The notes: generated from the sequence alone by a model not told the origin. A DNA stretch of 64,000 nt from Candidatus Latescibacterota bacterium (GCA_965219385.1 CBDCNM010000002.1:3110305-3174304); one strand, 5' to 3'. Counted from the first letter of the stretch, positions 50,850 to 61,655 are shown. Numbers and translations: made by a program.

Positions 50850-51638
50850 GTGAGTATGTTTTCTCTGCAAGGACGAGTCGCCCTGGTGACCGGCGCCGGT
50901 CGCGGCATTGGTCGCGGCATTGCCGAGGGCCTGGCCGTCCAGGGCGCCCAGATAGCCTGCGCCGCCCGCACCCGCACCCAGCTGGACGAGGCCGTGAGAG
51001 CAATCGAGGAGGCCGGGGGTACAGCCCTGGCCATCGAGCTGGACATAGGGGACCTGGACTCGGTGAAAGCGGCCGTTGAAGCCGCCCTTGCCCACTTTGG
51101 GCAGATCGACGTGCTGGTGAACAATGCCGGGATGAACATCCGCCAGCCCATTGAGGAAGTGACCGAGGAAAACTTCGACCAGATCATGGGCGTGAATCTC
51201 AAGGGACTCTACTTCCTGTCCCAGCGCGTGGCCCGGCACATGAGGGAGCGCCGGAAGGGCAAGATCATCAACATCGGCTCCCTGACCACCGGGTACGCCC
51301 TGGCCAAGGTATCGGTGTACGGGGCGACCAAGGGCGCGGTGGGGCAGCTGACCCGGGCGCAGGCCGTGGAATTCGGCCGCTACAATATCCAGGTAAACGC
51401 CATCTGCCCGGGGTTTGTGGTCACGCCCCTGACCGAGAAACTCTGGGAGGATGAGACCATGAGAAAATGGGGAGAAGGCCGGCTGGCCCTGGGGCGGCTG
51501 GCCACCCCCCAGGACATGGTGGGCACCGCGGTGTTCCTGGCCGCGCCGGCCTCGGACTACGTGACCGGACAGTGCATCTACGTGGATGGCGGGTTCATGG
51601 CCGGGGATTGGTGGCCTCTGCCGGAACCGAAGGAATAA
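50850..51638 (+). CDS. SDR family oxidoreductase
   Basis: TGAGRGIG, NNAG, YGATK. Confidence 0.92.
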   Translation: MSMFSLQGRVALVTGAGRGIGRGIAEGLAVQGAQIACAARTRTQLDEAVRAIEEAGGTALAIELDIGDLDSVKAAVEAALAHFGQIDVLVNNAGMNIRQPIEEVTEENFDQIMGVNLKGLYFLSQRVARHMRERRKGKIINIGSLTTGYALAKVSVYGATKGAVGQLTRAQAVEFGRYNIQVNAICPGFVVTPLTEKLWEDETMRKWGEGRLALGRLATPQDMVGTAVFLAAPASDYVTGQCIYVDGGFMAGDWWPLPEPKE

Positions 51639-51767
51639 AGCAGAGGCCTTGTGCCCGGAACAGGAAAAGCAACTCCGCGCCGATTTCACCCCGATCCGAT
51701 CGCCCACGAGATCCTGGAGGTCGATACCCCGGGGGGTGCACAGCCCGGACTTGTTTGCTTGCGACAG

Positions 51768-52703
51768 CTAGGGCGTCAGGAAGCGCTCGGCTTCGATTGC
51801 GGCCATGCACCCGGTGCCGGCCGCGGTCACGGCCTGGCGGTACACGTGGTCCTGGGCGTCGCCGCAGGCGAAGACCCCCGGAATGTTGGTGGCGGTGGAA
51901 TCCGGCTCGGTGATGAGGTAGCCCTGCCCGTCCATGTCCAGAAGGCCCTCGAAGAGCTGGGTGTTGGGCACGTGCCCGATGGCCATGAACACTCCCTGGC
52001 ACTCCTGCTCCCAGGTCTCGTCCGTTCGGGTGTTGCGCAGTCGTACCCCCCGCACGCTCAGCTCGCCGTCCGGCTGCAAAATTTCCTCGACCACGGCGTT
52101 GGTGATAAACTCGATCTTGTCGTTGTCCTCGGCGCGCTTGAGCATGATCTTGGAGGCGCGGAAATCGCCGCGGCGGTGCACGATGTTCACCTTGCTGGCG
52201 AACTTGGTCAGGTAGGTGCCCTCTTCCATGGCCGAGTCGCCGCCGCCTACCACCACCAGCTCCTGGTCGCGAAAGAAAAACCCATCGCAGGTAGCGCAGG
52301 CCGAAACCCCGTGCCCCATCAGCCGCTCCTCGGATTCCAGGCCGAGCAAGCGCGCCGAAGCGCCCGTGGCGATGATCAGCGCATCCGCCGTGTAGGTGGC
52401 GTCGTCGGTCTGCACCTTGAAGGGACGGTCGGAAAAATCCACGGCCGTGGCCAACTTGAACATGCACTCGGCTCCGAAGCGCTGGGCCTGTTCCCGCATC
52501 TTGTCCATCAACTCCGGTCCCATGATACCTGCGGGAAAGCCCGGATAATTTTCCACGTCCGTGGTGATGGTCAACTGACCCCCCGGCTGCATCCCCTCCA
52601 GGACCAGCGGCGCCAGGTCGGCCCGGGCAGTGTACAGCGCCGCGGTGAGTCCGGCCGGACCCGAGCCGATGATGATGACCTTGTAGTGTTTTGCTTCCGC
52701 CAT
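51768..52703 (-). CDS. trxB: Thioredoxin-disulfide reductase
   Basis: [33 protein letters not shown]. Confidence 0.95.
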   Translation of the reverse strand: MAEAKHYKVIIIGSGPAGLTAALYTARADLAPLVLEGMQPGGQLTITTDVENYPGFPAGIMGPELMDKMREQAQRFGAECMFKLATAVDFSDRPFKVQTDDATYTADALIIATGASARLLGLESEERLMGHGVSACATCDGFFFRDQELVVVGGGDSAMEEGTYLTKFASKVNIVHRRGDFRASKIMLKRAEDNDKIEFITNAVVEEILQPDGELSVRGVRLRNTRTDETWEQECQGVFMAIGHVPNTQLFEGLLDMDGQGYLITEPDSTATNIPGVFACGDAQDHVYRQAVTAAGTGCMAAIEAERFLTP

Positions 52704-52725
52704 TATTTTCCCTTTGCTTCTTCAG

Positions 52726-53664
52726 TCAGGCGATCCGGTTGGGCAGCTCCCGGCCTTCTAGCCCGGCCCTGAGGTTGTCGATGGTCCTCTGCGCCATGGC
52801 CCTGCGAGTCTGGCGGGTACAACTCCCGAGATGGGGTATGATGACCACATTGTTCAGCTGCAGCAACGGGTGGTAGCGCGGCAGGGGCTCCGGCTCGGTC
52901 ACGTCGAGCCCAGCGGCGGCGATCTGGCCGCTCTGCAGGGCTTCCAGCAGGGCGTCGTGATCCACCACCCCGCCCCGGGCCACATTGACCAGAATGGCCG
53001 TCTCCTTCATCAACCCCAGCTCGCGGCGGCCGATCAGCCCCCGGGTCTCGTCGGTCAGCGGCGTGGTCAGGGACACGAAGTCGGAGCGTTGGAGCAATTC
53101 GTCCAGGGAGACGTACTCGGCCCCCAGATCGGCCTCGGCCCGCGGATTGGGATTGCGGTTGTGGTAGAGCACCTCCATGTCGAAAGCCCGGGCCCGGCGC
53201 GCGATCTGGTAGCCGATGCGGCCCAGGCCGATGATGCCCAGGGTGGTGCTGTGGACATCGTAGCCCATCAGGATGGTGGGATCGTAGTGGGTAAAGGCGT
53301 CGCTGCGGGCAAAGCGATCCCCGATGATCAGGTTGCGCGCCGTGGCCAGGATCAGCGCAAAGCTCATGTCCGCAGTGGCCCCGTTCAACAGGTCGGGGGT
53401 GTAGCCCACCGGGATCCGGCGCTCTTGCGCCGCCGCCAGGTCGATGTGATCCACCCCTACCCCGAAGTTGCTGATCACCTTGAGGCGGGGCATCCGGTCC
53501 ATGAAGTCGACGTCCACGTGGATGTGGCCGTAAATTAAAAATCCGTCGATTCCTCCCAGGTCCATGGAGGGGTCCTCGGAAAAGATGTGGAGCTGATACT
53601 CCTCGCCCATCAGGTCCACAATCCACTCGGGCAGCGGTGCTTCCACCAGGGTTTGATACGCCAT
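52726..53664 (-). CDS. D-glycerate dehydrogenase / glyoxylate reductase
   Basis: GVGVDHID, GLGRIG, NVARG, LDVTEPEP, PHLGS. Confidence 0.9.
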   Translation of the reverse strand: MAYQTLVEAPLPEWIVDLMGEEYQLHIFSEDPSMDLGGIDGFLIYGHIHVDVDFMDRMPRLKVISNFGVGVDHIDLAAAQERRIPVGYTPDLLNGATADMSFALILATARNLIIGDRFARSDAFTHYDPTILMGYDVHSTTLGIIGLGRIGYQIARRARAFDMEVLYHNRNPNPRAEADLGAEYVSLDELLQRSDFVSLTTPLTDETRGLIGRRELGLMKETAILVNVARGGVVDHDALLEALQSGQIAAAGLDVTEPEPLPRYHPLLQLNNVVIIPHLGSCTRQTRRAMAQRTIDNLRAGLEGRELPNRIA

Positions 53665-53675
53665 AATCCACTCTC

Positions 53676-54737
53676 TCAGGTTCGGATTTTCAATGCTTTC
53701 TCGACCATGGCCTCCACATTGACGGTCTTGCTTTTCTGCGAGGCCTCTATGGCCGCGAACAGGGTGGCGTTGCTGTATATATTGTCTGCCAGTACGGTTT
53801 CGGGTCTGGGCCCGCCCCCGAGCCATTTAAGGTGCGCGTCAATGATGTAGTTGTGGCCCTCGTACTCGAGCCGGACCAGCGGCACCTCTTCGGTTTTCGT
53901 GGCCCCGGTCTGGTTGTCGCGGATCACCAGTTGCACCACCTGGTCGTTGTCGACGACGATGGCGCCGTGTTCGCACTCGGCGCGGTAGTACTCCTGGTAC
54001 CAATTGTTCAGGTGGCCGGCCGCACTGCAGGTGCCCTCGTAGTGGGCCATCACCCCATTGGCCATGCGCATCACGTAGCTGGCGCTGGATTCTCCTTTAA
54101 AGCTGCTCCAGGGGCGGTTCCACTCCCAGCCGCTGATCTCCACGCAGCGGGAGCCGGCCAGGCTGCGCAACATGTCCAGGTGGTGGACCCCCCCTTCGAC
54201 CAGGAGGGCGTGGGGGATCTCGTGGCGGAAGGCCCCCCAGGCGCCGTGGCGGCGATAGTCCGCCGCATAGCGCCCCATGATGTAGTTGAGCCGCCCCAGG
54301 TGCTGGTTGCGCAGCAATTCCCGGAAGGTGTACATGGAGGCGTTATAGCGGTAGTTCTGAATCATGGTGCACTTCACCCTGGCCCGCTTCACCGCCCGGT
54401 GCACCCCGACCACGTCCTTCCAGGAATCGGCGATGGGTTTTTCCATGAGGATGTGCATGTCGTGCTTGCAGGCCAGTTCCACGCAGGGACGGTGTACCCA
54501 GGGAGGCGTGACAATGGTGCAGTAATCCGCCCTGGCGTGCGCAAAAGCCGCTGCCATATCGGTGAAGAGGGCCTCTTGAGGCAAGTCCAAAAAATCGCCC
54601 TGTGCGCGCAGCACTTTTTCGTCGATGTCCACCAGCGCGACGATCTCCATGCGGTCGGCGAAGTTGGGGTAAAATTTGCGAATCCAAGCACTGGCCATGC
54701 CGCCGGCGCCGATCATCAGACATCGTTTCTTTTTCAA
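53676..54737 (-). CDS. Gfo/Idh/MocA family oxidoreductase
   Basis: IGAGGMA, MEKP, QNYRY, VHHLD; probable TTG start after AAGGAG. Confidence 0.9.
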   Translation of the reverse strand: MKKKRCLMIGAGGMASAWIRKFYPNFADRMEIVALVDIDEKVLRAQGDFLDLPQEALFTDMAAAFAHARADYCTIVTPPWVHRPCVELACKHDMHILMEKPIADSWKDVVGVHRAVKRARVKCTMIQNYRYNASMYTFRELLRNQHLGRLNYIMGRYAADYRRHGAWGAFRHEIPHALLVEGGVHHLDMLRSLAGSRCVEISGWEWNRPWSSFKGESSASYVMRMANGVMAHYEGTCSAAGHLNNWYQEYYRAECEHGAIVVDNDQVVQLVIRDNQTGATKTEEVPLVRLEYEGHNYIIDAHLKWLGGGPRPETVLADNIYSNATLFAAIEASQKSKTVNVEAMVEKALKIRT

Positions 54738-54900
54738 GCTCCCTCTCCTTTGCGGTGGGTGCGACCAGGAATATACAAAAGCAGAAAATGGGGGCAAGCG
54801 CACAACGCCAAAAGGCCCCGGGGTGTCCGGACTATCTGGCTTTTTTACGGGATGGGCCTATATTAATCACCCCGATCCTTTCCATCAGGAGGCAAAAAAC

Positions 54901-55650
54901 ATGCTGCTTGCCAATCCCAGAGGGCATTACCGCTTTCTCAAGGGCATCGATCCTTACTCCTGCGGCGTCGTCGCTGATCCTGGCTTTGAAATCGTCCATA
55001 TCATCCTGGAAAACCCCCTGCCCTGGCGCCGGGGTTTCGAACGGGTGGAGGCCCATCTGCAGGAAGCCGGCCGCGACCGCTATGCGCTGTGCGGTATGGA
55101 GTTGCGCTCGCCCAAGCCCTTCACCATGCAGGGCTTCATCGATTTCAACGAGATCTACTGCGAGGTTCTCAGGGAATGGGACCTTTACGTCGGCGACCTG
55201 AATCCGGTGGCCCGCACCAATGTGGCGCCCCGGTGCGATCCGCCGGAAACGCCCGTGCTGCACGGTTTTTCCTATACGGCGCCTGCTGCTTCCACGCGAC
55301 CGACCCTGGTGGTGGCCGGCGCCGGCGAGGTTGCGAGGGGCGGAATCCTGAAGGAGGAGCACATCCTGCGCTTGGGGGAGACTGGTGCGGAGGCCATGCG
55401 GGAGAAAGCTGCGTACGTGATGGATGTTATGGAGAAACGTCTGCACGGACTGGGGGGGACCTGGGACTTGATCAATGCGGTGGAGGTGTACACCATCCAC
55501 CCGCTCGATGCTCTGGTCGAAGAGATCGTTCTGGAGAGGATGCAGGCGGCCAGGCGCCACGGGATTCGCTGGTACCACACCCGGCCGCCGGTGCTAAATA
55601 TTGAATTCGAAATGGATATGCGGGGGGTGCGCCGGGAGATCTGTATCTAA
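54901..55650 (+). CDS. CnbZ-like (2-amino-5-chloromuconate deaminase / RidA-like) protein
   Basis: 'YRFLKG...YSCGVVADPGFEIV', 'ELRSPKPF', 'NPVARTNV'. Confidence 0.7.
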   Translation: MLLANPRGHYRFLKGIDPYSCGVVADPGFEIVHIILENPLPWRRGFERVEAHLQEAGRDRYALCGMELRSPKPFTMQGFIDFNEIYCEVLREWDLYVGDLNPVARTNVAPRCDPPETPVLHGFSYTAPAASTRPTLVVAGAGEVARGGILKEEHILRLGETGAEAMREKAAYVMDVMEKRLHGLGGTWDLINAVEVYTIHPLDALVEEIVLERMQAARRHGIRWYHTRPPVLNIEFEMDMRGVRREICI

Positions 55651-56378
55651 TCCGACCACTGGTAGCATCTGAGCTGCCAGCAGGCCCCTTCCACACACAA
55701 CGCCGCGGCATAATCCGGACCCGGGTCCAGGGCCTGCAGGGACCAGCGGATGACCTCCCCGGGATCGCCTTCACACCGCAGCAGGGCGGCTTTTTCTCCA
55801 AGCGCTACTGCAAAGCTGTCCAGAGGCAGCGAAACCCCATCCCCCCGGGCCTTCAAGTAGGCCTCCTTGCGGGTCCAGCAGGCGAAGAACGCCCTGTCCT
55901 TCAGGGGGATGGGGGTCGCTTCCAGAGCGGCTACCTCCTCCGGCGCAAAGAAACGTGCGGCGACCTGCTCGCGCGCCACCTTGCGGCGGCTGTACTCGAC
56001 ATCGATGCCCACCGGCACATTCAGGGCCACTGCATACAAGGCCAGGGTGTGGGAGTGGGACAGGTTGAAGCGCAGGGCGGCTTCGTCCAGGGCAGGCTTG
56101 CCGTGTTCCGCGTAGCAAAACCTCAACGCTTGCGGCGCTCGGTTCAGGTAGCCTCCGAGCAGAATCCTGAGCACTCCCCGGGCCACGATAAAGCGGTTTT
56201 GTTGTTCCGGGCAGTGAAAACGCTCGGCGCGCTCGCACTCATCAACGGAGAGGGTCTGCGCCAGTTCCCGGATCCGGGGCGGGGGCTGGTCCAGGTCGGC
56301 GCGCCACACGTGTACCTCGCCATCTCTCAGCGCGAATTGTGCTGGCGGTGCCGACCACAAGGTTTCGGGTCTGGTCAT
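55647..56378 (-). CDS. 4'-phosphopantetheinyl transferase, Sfp type
   Basis: GKP, FNLSHS, VGIDVE, WTRKEAYLKA. Confidence 0.92.
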   Translation of the reverse strand: MTRPETLWSAPPAQFALRDGEVHVWRADLDQPPPRIRELAQTLSVDECERAERFHCPEQQNRFIVARGVLRILLGGYLNRAPQALRFCYAEHGKPALDEAALRFNLSHSHTLALYAVALNVPVGIDVEYSRRKVAREQVAARFFAPEEVAALEATPIPLKDRAFFACWTRKEAYLKARGDGVSLPLDSFAVALGEKAALLRCEGDPGEVIRWSLQALDPGPDYAAALCVEGACWQLRCYQWSD

Positions 56379-56562
56379 ACAGATGAGGTCAGGGAAGCAA
56401 CCAACATCCCCTCCTGGCCTTGAGGGGTTCATGCAGTTTCGTTATGTAACCAATGGGTCGCCAAAGTTGGCGGTCAAAAATTTGGCTCACCGCGCGCAAC
56501 CCTCTTCACAACCACTCACCGTCAGGGTGTGGAGGAGTAACTACTTGTATTTAAATGGATTA

Positions 56563-57606
56563 TCAAAAATCGAGCCGTTCCGTAGAGGCGGAAGCGGGGT
56601 CAAGACGACTTCCGCCCTTCCCGTCAAAACAGCCGCTGTTCCGGCATGGGGACCCGGATATCCGGGGCGTCGTTCCCAACGCTATTCGCCCTAGTACTGA
56701 TGGGGGTCTCTCGTAGGGACCGGCATGGGGTTCTTGCACCAAGTCGAGGAACTGCGGCACCGGTCGAGTCAATCGGCAATGGTCGGGTACAATCACAGGA
56801 AAATGCGACGCTAAGGCTGCGCTCTCCGAGCCTTCACGGGGAAACCTCAACCGAAGATTCGCTCCAAGCCTCCATGGGCCTCTCGATGCCTGGGCCGCCG
56901 CCATGCTTCTGGAAATTCCCGGATGGATCCGGGCACGGTTCGGAGACAACGAGACGGATTTCCCGCGTTGATCCCATGCGTGCTTTAGGGAAAGGGCGAA
57001 ACAGGCTGCCCCAACGGTGCCCATGAAGTAGCCCCAATGTTCGCGATGGTTGTTGGAAGGATTGACGAGGTATTCTTTTCCGTTGGAATGCACCAGGAGT
57101 TGGCGGCCATCACCCCTATAGTCCGAATCGTGAAGATTGAGTCCCCCGATGAAAAGACCCGCGCCGAGGATCATTCCCAGAATGGACATCATGGTCTAAG
57201 GATCCACATCTTCTGTTGTTTCCACTACCCTGAGTTTCGCCTCACCCTGGGCCGTGAGGGTCAGGTCGGAGCAAAAAGAAAAGTTGACATTATACCAGTC
57301 GGCTAGCGTATCCTCAACTAATACATCCTCTTCCCATAAAGCGAATTTTTCCATGACGTTTCCACATACGCCATGACGGCTTCTTAGGTAGGCGTAGTCA
57401 GTGTACTTCTTGTTCGTCTTATCTACCTTCTTGAGATCAAAAGGAGGGTCTGGCATAATCACCGCATCATTAACTTGAAAACGACAGGTTCCAAACATGG
57501 TGTCCTTGTAACTTATTGTCCGACAACCTATTACAGAGACGAATCTCGACAAATAAAGGCCGCTCCATTTCACCACCAATTTACACAGTTTCCCTATGGA
57601 AATCAA
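56563..57606 (-). pseudogene. Putative membrane/lipoprotein gene split by an in-frame TAG
   Basis: ORFs 57196..57606 and 56563..57192 are in the same frame, separated by one stop; two hydrophobic segments follow. Confidence 0.45.
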
Positions 57607-57804
57607 GCATAGAATCCTCTGATTTGGAGCAAACCTGTCGTTTTCAAGTAATTAGGCATTTTTGGCCCTCAATCAAGGCACTGAACACACGCAAGGGGCA
57701 GGGTGAGCTCCCTGCTGATCGTCTGCAGGTCCTTCGGCAGGGCTCCCAGTACGGTTTGGTTGCGGCTGGCACGTATCCGGCCCGTATCAGGATCAACCCG
57801 GGAC

Positions 57805-58060
57805 ACGAGGGGGGCCTGGTCGGCAGCCCTACCCCGTCCGGATAGCGTCGGATCGAGGCCGGACCGGTCAGGGCGGCGAGGATCCTCAGGCAACCGCCAC
57901 AGGCGGCGCATGGGCTGACCTCGGCGGCAAACACCCGGGCGAGCAGGGCCGCCCACCCCAGCCGATGCCCGCAGGACGAACCGCTCGAATCGCGGTCCGC
58001 AGCCGGCGGCTACGGTCCCGGGCCTGGGGCGCCAAGACACCGTGGTAGCGTAGGAATTTA
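57805..58060 (-). mobile_element. IS91-family transposase C-terminal relic
   Basis: 'LRYHGVLAP' and 'WAALLARVFAAEVSPCAACGGCLRILAAL...GLPTRPP'. Confidence 0.7.
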
Positions 58061-58397
58061 CCCAGGTCGTTAGGCCATCAAGCTCCGCTCTCTCAGCCGT
58101 CGTTATTGAGTGGATTCCCGGCCTAGCCGTTGATCCACGGCCTTTGCTGTCGAGGCGCTGGCTCTCCCTACCCCATCGTCAACAACGCCCCGATCAACAA
58201 AAGCTGGGCCTGCGGCCACACCCGCAAAGAAAACAGTGGTGCAAAGAGGGTTAAATGCTGTATTATATCATCCATGGGCGACTACCTTCGAGCAGGAATT
58301 TGAAGTCCGTCAACTCCAAAATATACGGCTCGGCTCGGGTAGCTGCCTATCTTATGCCCCCAAAATGGCCAAAATCCAGTTTAAGGAGAAGATATCC

Positions 58398-59789
58398 CTG
58401 GACTTTTGCAAAAGGCAGAATTCCTGGGATAATCGGTCAAGGATAGAGGGTAGCGCGAATTCGATGGAACTTGGTATGGAACTTGGTATTTTTGGTAGAA
58501 CGAAGGCATCCCCCGCCTTCGTTTCCCCTGGCCATGAGAGAGGTTGTTCATGCCAGGTATTGTTGATTTTCCCACGGTGGTTGAAGAAGCGGTGGCAGCG
58601 TTCGGCGGCCTCTTCGCCAACGCCCCGGAGCGCCGTCACTTTGCCGAGTATCTGACCGGGTTGATGGTGGCCGAACGCAAAAATGTATCGGCGATCAACG
58701 CCGAGTTCGTCGAGACCACCGATCAATCCTGCCTGAACCGCTGGATTACGCCGGTGCGATGGGACGGGAAAGGGCTCAACGAACACCGCCTGGAATGGTT
58801 GCAGGATCGTCCCTCGACGCGCTATTCGGCGCGCGGGGTGATCGCCATCGACAACACCTTGGTCGGCCACAGCGGAGAAAAGATCGAGGACGTGGGTTGG
58901 TTTTGGGATCACTCCGACCAGCGCTATATGATTGCCCACGACTACGTCATCGCCAACTACGTGTGCACCTCGGGGAAATACTATCCGTTGGAATTCCGTC
59001 GCTTTCGCAAGCGCCAGGAAGGGGAGACGGACCCCTCCTTCAAGAGCCATACCGAGCGGTTCAAAGCGCTGGTGGACTGGGTCGTGTTCCGACCGATCCC
59101 GGGCGATTTCGCCTTCGACTGCTACTTCAGCAGGGTCGAGTGTCTCGATCACATCCATAGTCCTGAGCGCGGCTACGTAGGGGCCCTGAAGAGCAACCGC
59201 AAGGTCGAGTTCAAGGGCGGCCTGATGAAGGCCGCGGAAGTGGCTGCGAATATCCCACCCGGGGATCGCAAACAGGTCAGCATCGGCAAGCGCAAACAAT
59301 GGTATTTCACCAAAACCCTGAGTCTGCCCAAGCTCAAGCACCGGGTTCGCCTGGTGATCCTGTGGGATCGCAAGAACGGCAAGGAAGCGGTCAAGTTTCT
59401 ACGGACCCATCGCGTGCACTGGGAGATCCGTCGTATACTGAACGTGTATCGCAAACGCTGGACAGGCACCGAGACTTTTCATCGGGACGGCAAGCACCAT
59501 CTGGGCATGGGAGACGGTCAGTTACGCAGCGGCGAGGGCCAGACCCGGCATAGGTACCTCGTGATGCTGACGCACCGTCTGCTCATGGCACGGATGCGGC
59601 AGGGCCGTGCGCGTGACGGGGCTCATACCGTGCTGACGACCATTGGCGAGGCCTGTCGAGCCGGGTCGCGAGAAACGCTCAGTAAGACCATCTCCTGGGT
59701 AGTGAACAAAACCACAATAGGGTGGACAGAGCAGCGAATTGTCGCACATCTCAAACTTTAGTAAAAAAGCGGAGTTTGCAAAAGTCCAG
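58398..59789 (+). mobile_element. IS701-like insertion sequence
   Basis: Perfect 15-bp TIR CTGGACTTTTGCAAA / TTTGCAAAAGTCCAG; ATATCC direct repeat on both flanks. Confidence 0.92.
58550..59761 (+). CDS. DDE transposase (IS701 family)
   Basis: IAIDNT, FAFDCYF, YRKRWTGTETFHRDGKHHLG. Confidence 0.9.
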   Translation: MPGIVDFPTVVEEAVAAFGGLFANAPERRHFAEYLTGLMVAERKNVSAINAEFVETTDQSCLNRWITPVRWDGKGLNEHRLEWLQDRPSTRYSARGVIAIDNTLVGHSGEKIEDVGWFWDHSDQRYMIAHDYVIANYVCTSGKYYPLEFRRFRKRQEGETDPSFKSHTERFKALVDWVVFRPIPGDFAFDCYFSRVECLDHIHSPERGYVGALKSNRKVEFKGGLMKAAEVAANIPPGDRKQVSIGKRKQWYFTKTLSLPKLKHRVRLVILWDRKNGKEAVKFLRTHRVHWEIRRILNVYRKRWTGTETFHRDGKHHLGMGDGQLRSGEGQTRHRYLVMLTHRLLMARMRQGRARDGAHTVLTTIGEACRAGSRETLSKTISWVVNKTTIGWTEQRIVAHLKL

Positions 59790-59796
59790 ATATCCT

Positions 59797-61593
59797 ATGA
59801 ATTCACATGTAGACCGAATAAAGCCTGACAGCTACGGAATTACGACATACCTGGAAAACCTTCGTCGAGGGCGGTACCAAATCCCGACTTTCCAGCGGGA
59901 GGTGGTTTGGGAGCGTGACCGCGTCAAACGCCTATGGGACAGCATCTACAAGTTTTACCCTCTCGGCAGCATCTTGGTATGGCGGACTGAGATCCGGCTC
60001 CAGAATCACCGAGAAATCGGGGGCCACCCTTTGCACAATGGGCCCAGTGATAGGGATTTTCAGTACCTTCTCGACGGGCAACAGCGGACCACAGCATTGC
60101 TCACCTCTATGTACGGCGGGAGGATCAAAGGACAGGAGAGTCGGGACCCGCACCTGTATGTAGATCTCACAATCGACGACACAGACGAGGTCGAGGACGA
60201 GTCTTGGCGAGAGCGGTTCTTGTTTTGGGACGAGATCGATGACCGCGACGGGCAACGGATCCGTAACATTGGTCGCAAGCAGCGGTATGACGCCGGAATC
60301 ATTGTCAAGCTCAAAGACATCAGCCACGGGTACTCTGACTTAGAGCGTAAGCTCTTCGAGTCAGGTCGCGAGAACTACGACGATCCAGCGCGGAAACGGC
60401 TCCGTAGCTTCAAGCAGGTTTTCGATAATTACAAACTGTCGTTCATTGAGCTTCGCGGCATTGAGGTCGCGGAGGTGTGTCAGATATTCGAACGGATCAA
60501 CCAAGCCGGGCAGCCACTAAGCATGTTTGATATCGTCGTTGCCAAAACCTTCAGACCCGAGGGTGAAAAAGTGCCCGGGTTCTATCTGCGTGGTCTGTTC
60601 GAGCATTTCCGTGATAAGTTAAACGCCGACGGAAGTCGCTTCGCGGCAGTCGACGACATGACGCTGCTCCAGGTTCTCGCGGTGATTGTGCGGGACAGTG
60701 TGGCGGAATCTGGAGTGCACAACATTACCGACCGCTACCTCAACGTACTCCGGACAGAACACTTGGAGGCGGTCTGGGAAGATGGTATGAAAGCCATCCG
60801 AAAGGTCTTCGACTTCCTGGACAATCACCTTCACCTGCCCGGTCCAGCATTGGTCCCGTATCGCTACTTCTATATGACACTTGCGTCGTACTTTTTCCGA
60901 AACGCCGATCCCGATTACCCGCTGCTCATGCGCTACTTCTGGTACTTCAGCTTCCATAACGAAGATCTCTTGAGCAACACCACCCACCTGCGGGACCATT
61001 TGCGGCGGCTCCATGAGGTCCGGGACGGCAGAAACTTCGGATTCGAGAAATTCCTGATCAACCGCGAGAACCTGCGGCGAACGGCGTACAGTACCCGTGG
61101 TCGGCTCTCGCGAGCGATGCTTTCCCTCTACGCGCATCAAGGTCCACGCGACTGGGCACACGCAGACCGCAGTGTCTTGACGCAGGTCTATTACACCCTC
61201 ACGGACCATCCAAACCTGCATCACATCTTCCCGCGTGACTTCTGCGAGAAGCATCTTGGAGATCAAGGAAGGTACGCTGATAGCCTGCTAAACATTGCCT
61301 ATCTGACGCAAATTACGAACCTACAGATCAGTAACCGAAATCCGCTAGAGTACCTGCACAACTATCTCGGGTCTCGAGTCGACGAGATCCAGCACACCCA
61401 TCTCTTGCCCGACGTGATCGTCGAATGGGCTCGAGCAGAACAGATGCCACATGACGCTTTGGACACTTTCGTTGATGCCCGCTTGGATTTGGTCATTGAG
61501 CAACTCAAGGGCTACCTTACGGGCGTCCCATTCGAAGTCATCGACACGCGCACTCAGGAGATCGATCCTGGGGAGAAATTAACCGCCGAATAA
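59797..61593 (+). CDS. DUF262 domain protein with C-terminal HNH-like region (GmrSD-like defence protein)
   Basis: IPTFQREVVW, LLDGQQRTT, FERINQAG, NLHHIFP...N...N. Confidence 0.85.
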   Translation: MNSHVDRIKPDSYGITTYLENLRRGRYQIPTFQREVVWERDRVKRLWDSIYKFYPLGSILVWRTEIRLQNHREIGGHPLHNGPSDRDFQYLLDGQQRTTALLTSMYGGRIKGQESRDPHLYVDLTIDDTDEVEDESWRERFLFWDEIDDRDGQRIRNIGRKQRYDAGIIVKLKDISHGYSDLERKLFESGRENYDDPARKRLRSFKQVFDNYKLSFIELRGIEVAEVCQIFERINQAGQPLSMFDIVVAKTFRPEGEKVPGFYLRGLFEHFRDKLNADGSRFAAVDDMTLLQVLAVIVRDSVAESGVHNITDRYLNVLRTEHLEAVWEDGMKAIRKVFDFLDNHLHLPGPALVPYRYFYMTLASYFFRNADPDYPLLMRYFWYFSFHNEDLLSNTTHLRDHLRRLHEVRDGRNFGFEKFLINRENLRRTAYSTRGRLSRAMLSLYAHQGPRDWAHADRSVLTQVYYTLTDHPNLHHIFPRDFCEKHLGDQGRYADSLLNIAYLTQITNLQISNRNPLEYLHNYLGSRVDEIQHTHLLPDVIVEWARAEQMPHDALDTFVDARLDLVIEQLKGYLTGVPFEVIDTRTQEIDPGEKLTAE

Positions 61594-61655
61594 GGCGCTG
61601 CACTAGACGGCTATTGCGTTGCGCTTCAGAACCGCAGTGAGCTTAATCGTTGGGG
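61585..61655 (+). other. Integron attC recombination site
   Basis: R'' GCCGAAT, L'' GCTGCAC, L' GTGAGC (pairs with one extrahelical G), R' GTTGGGG; overlaps the upstream stop and precedes the next ATG by 15 nt. Confidence 0.75.

Noticed and set aside
59722..59796. N-terminal extension of the DUF262 ORF in the track
   Set aside because: Lies within the IS end; the native start is 59797
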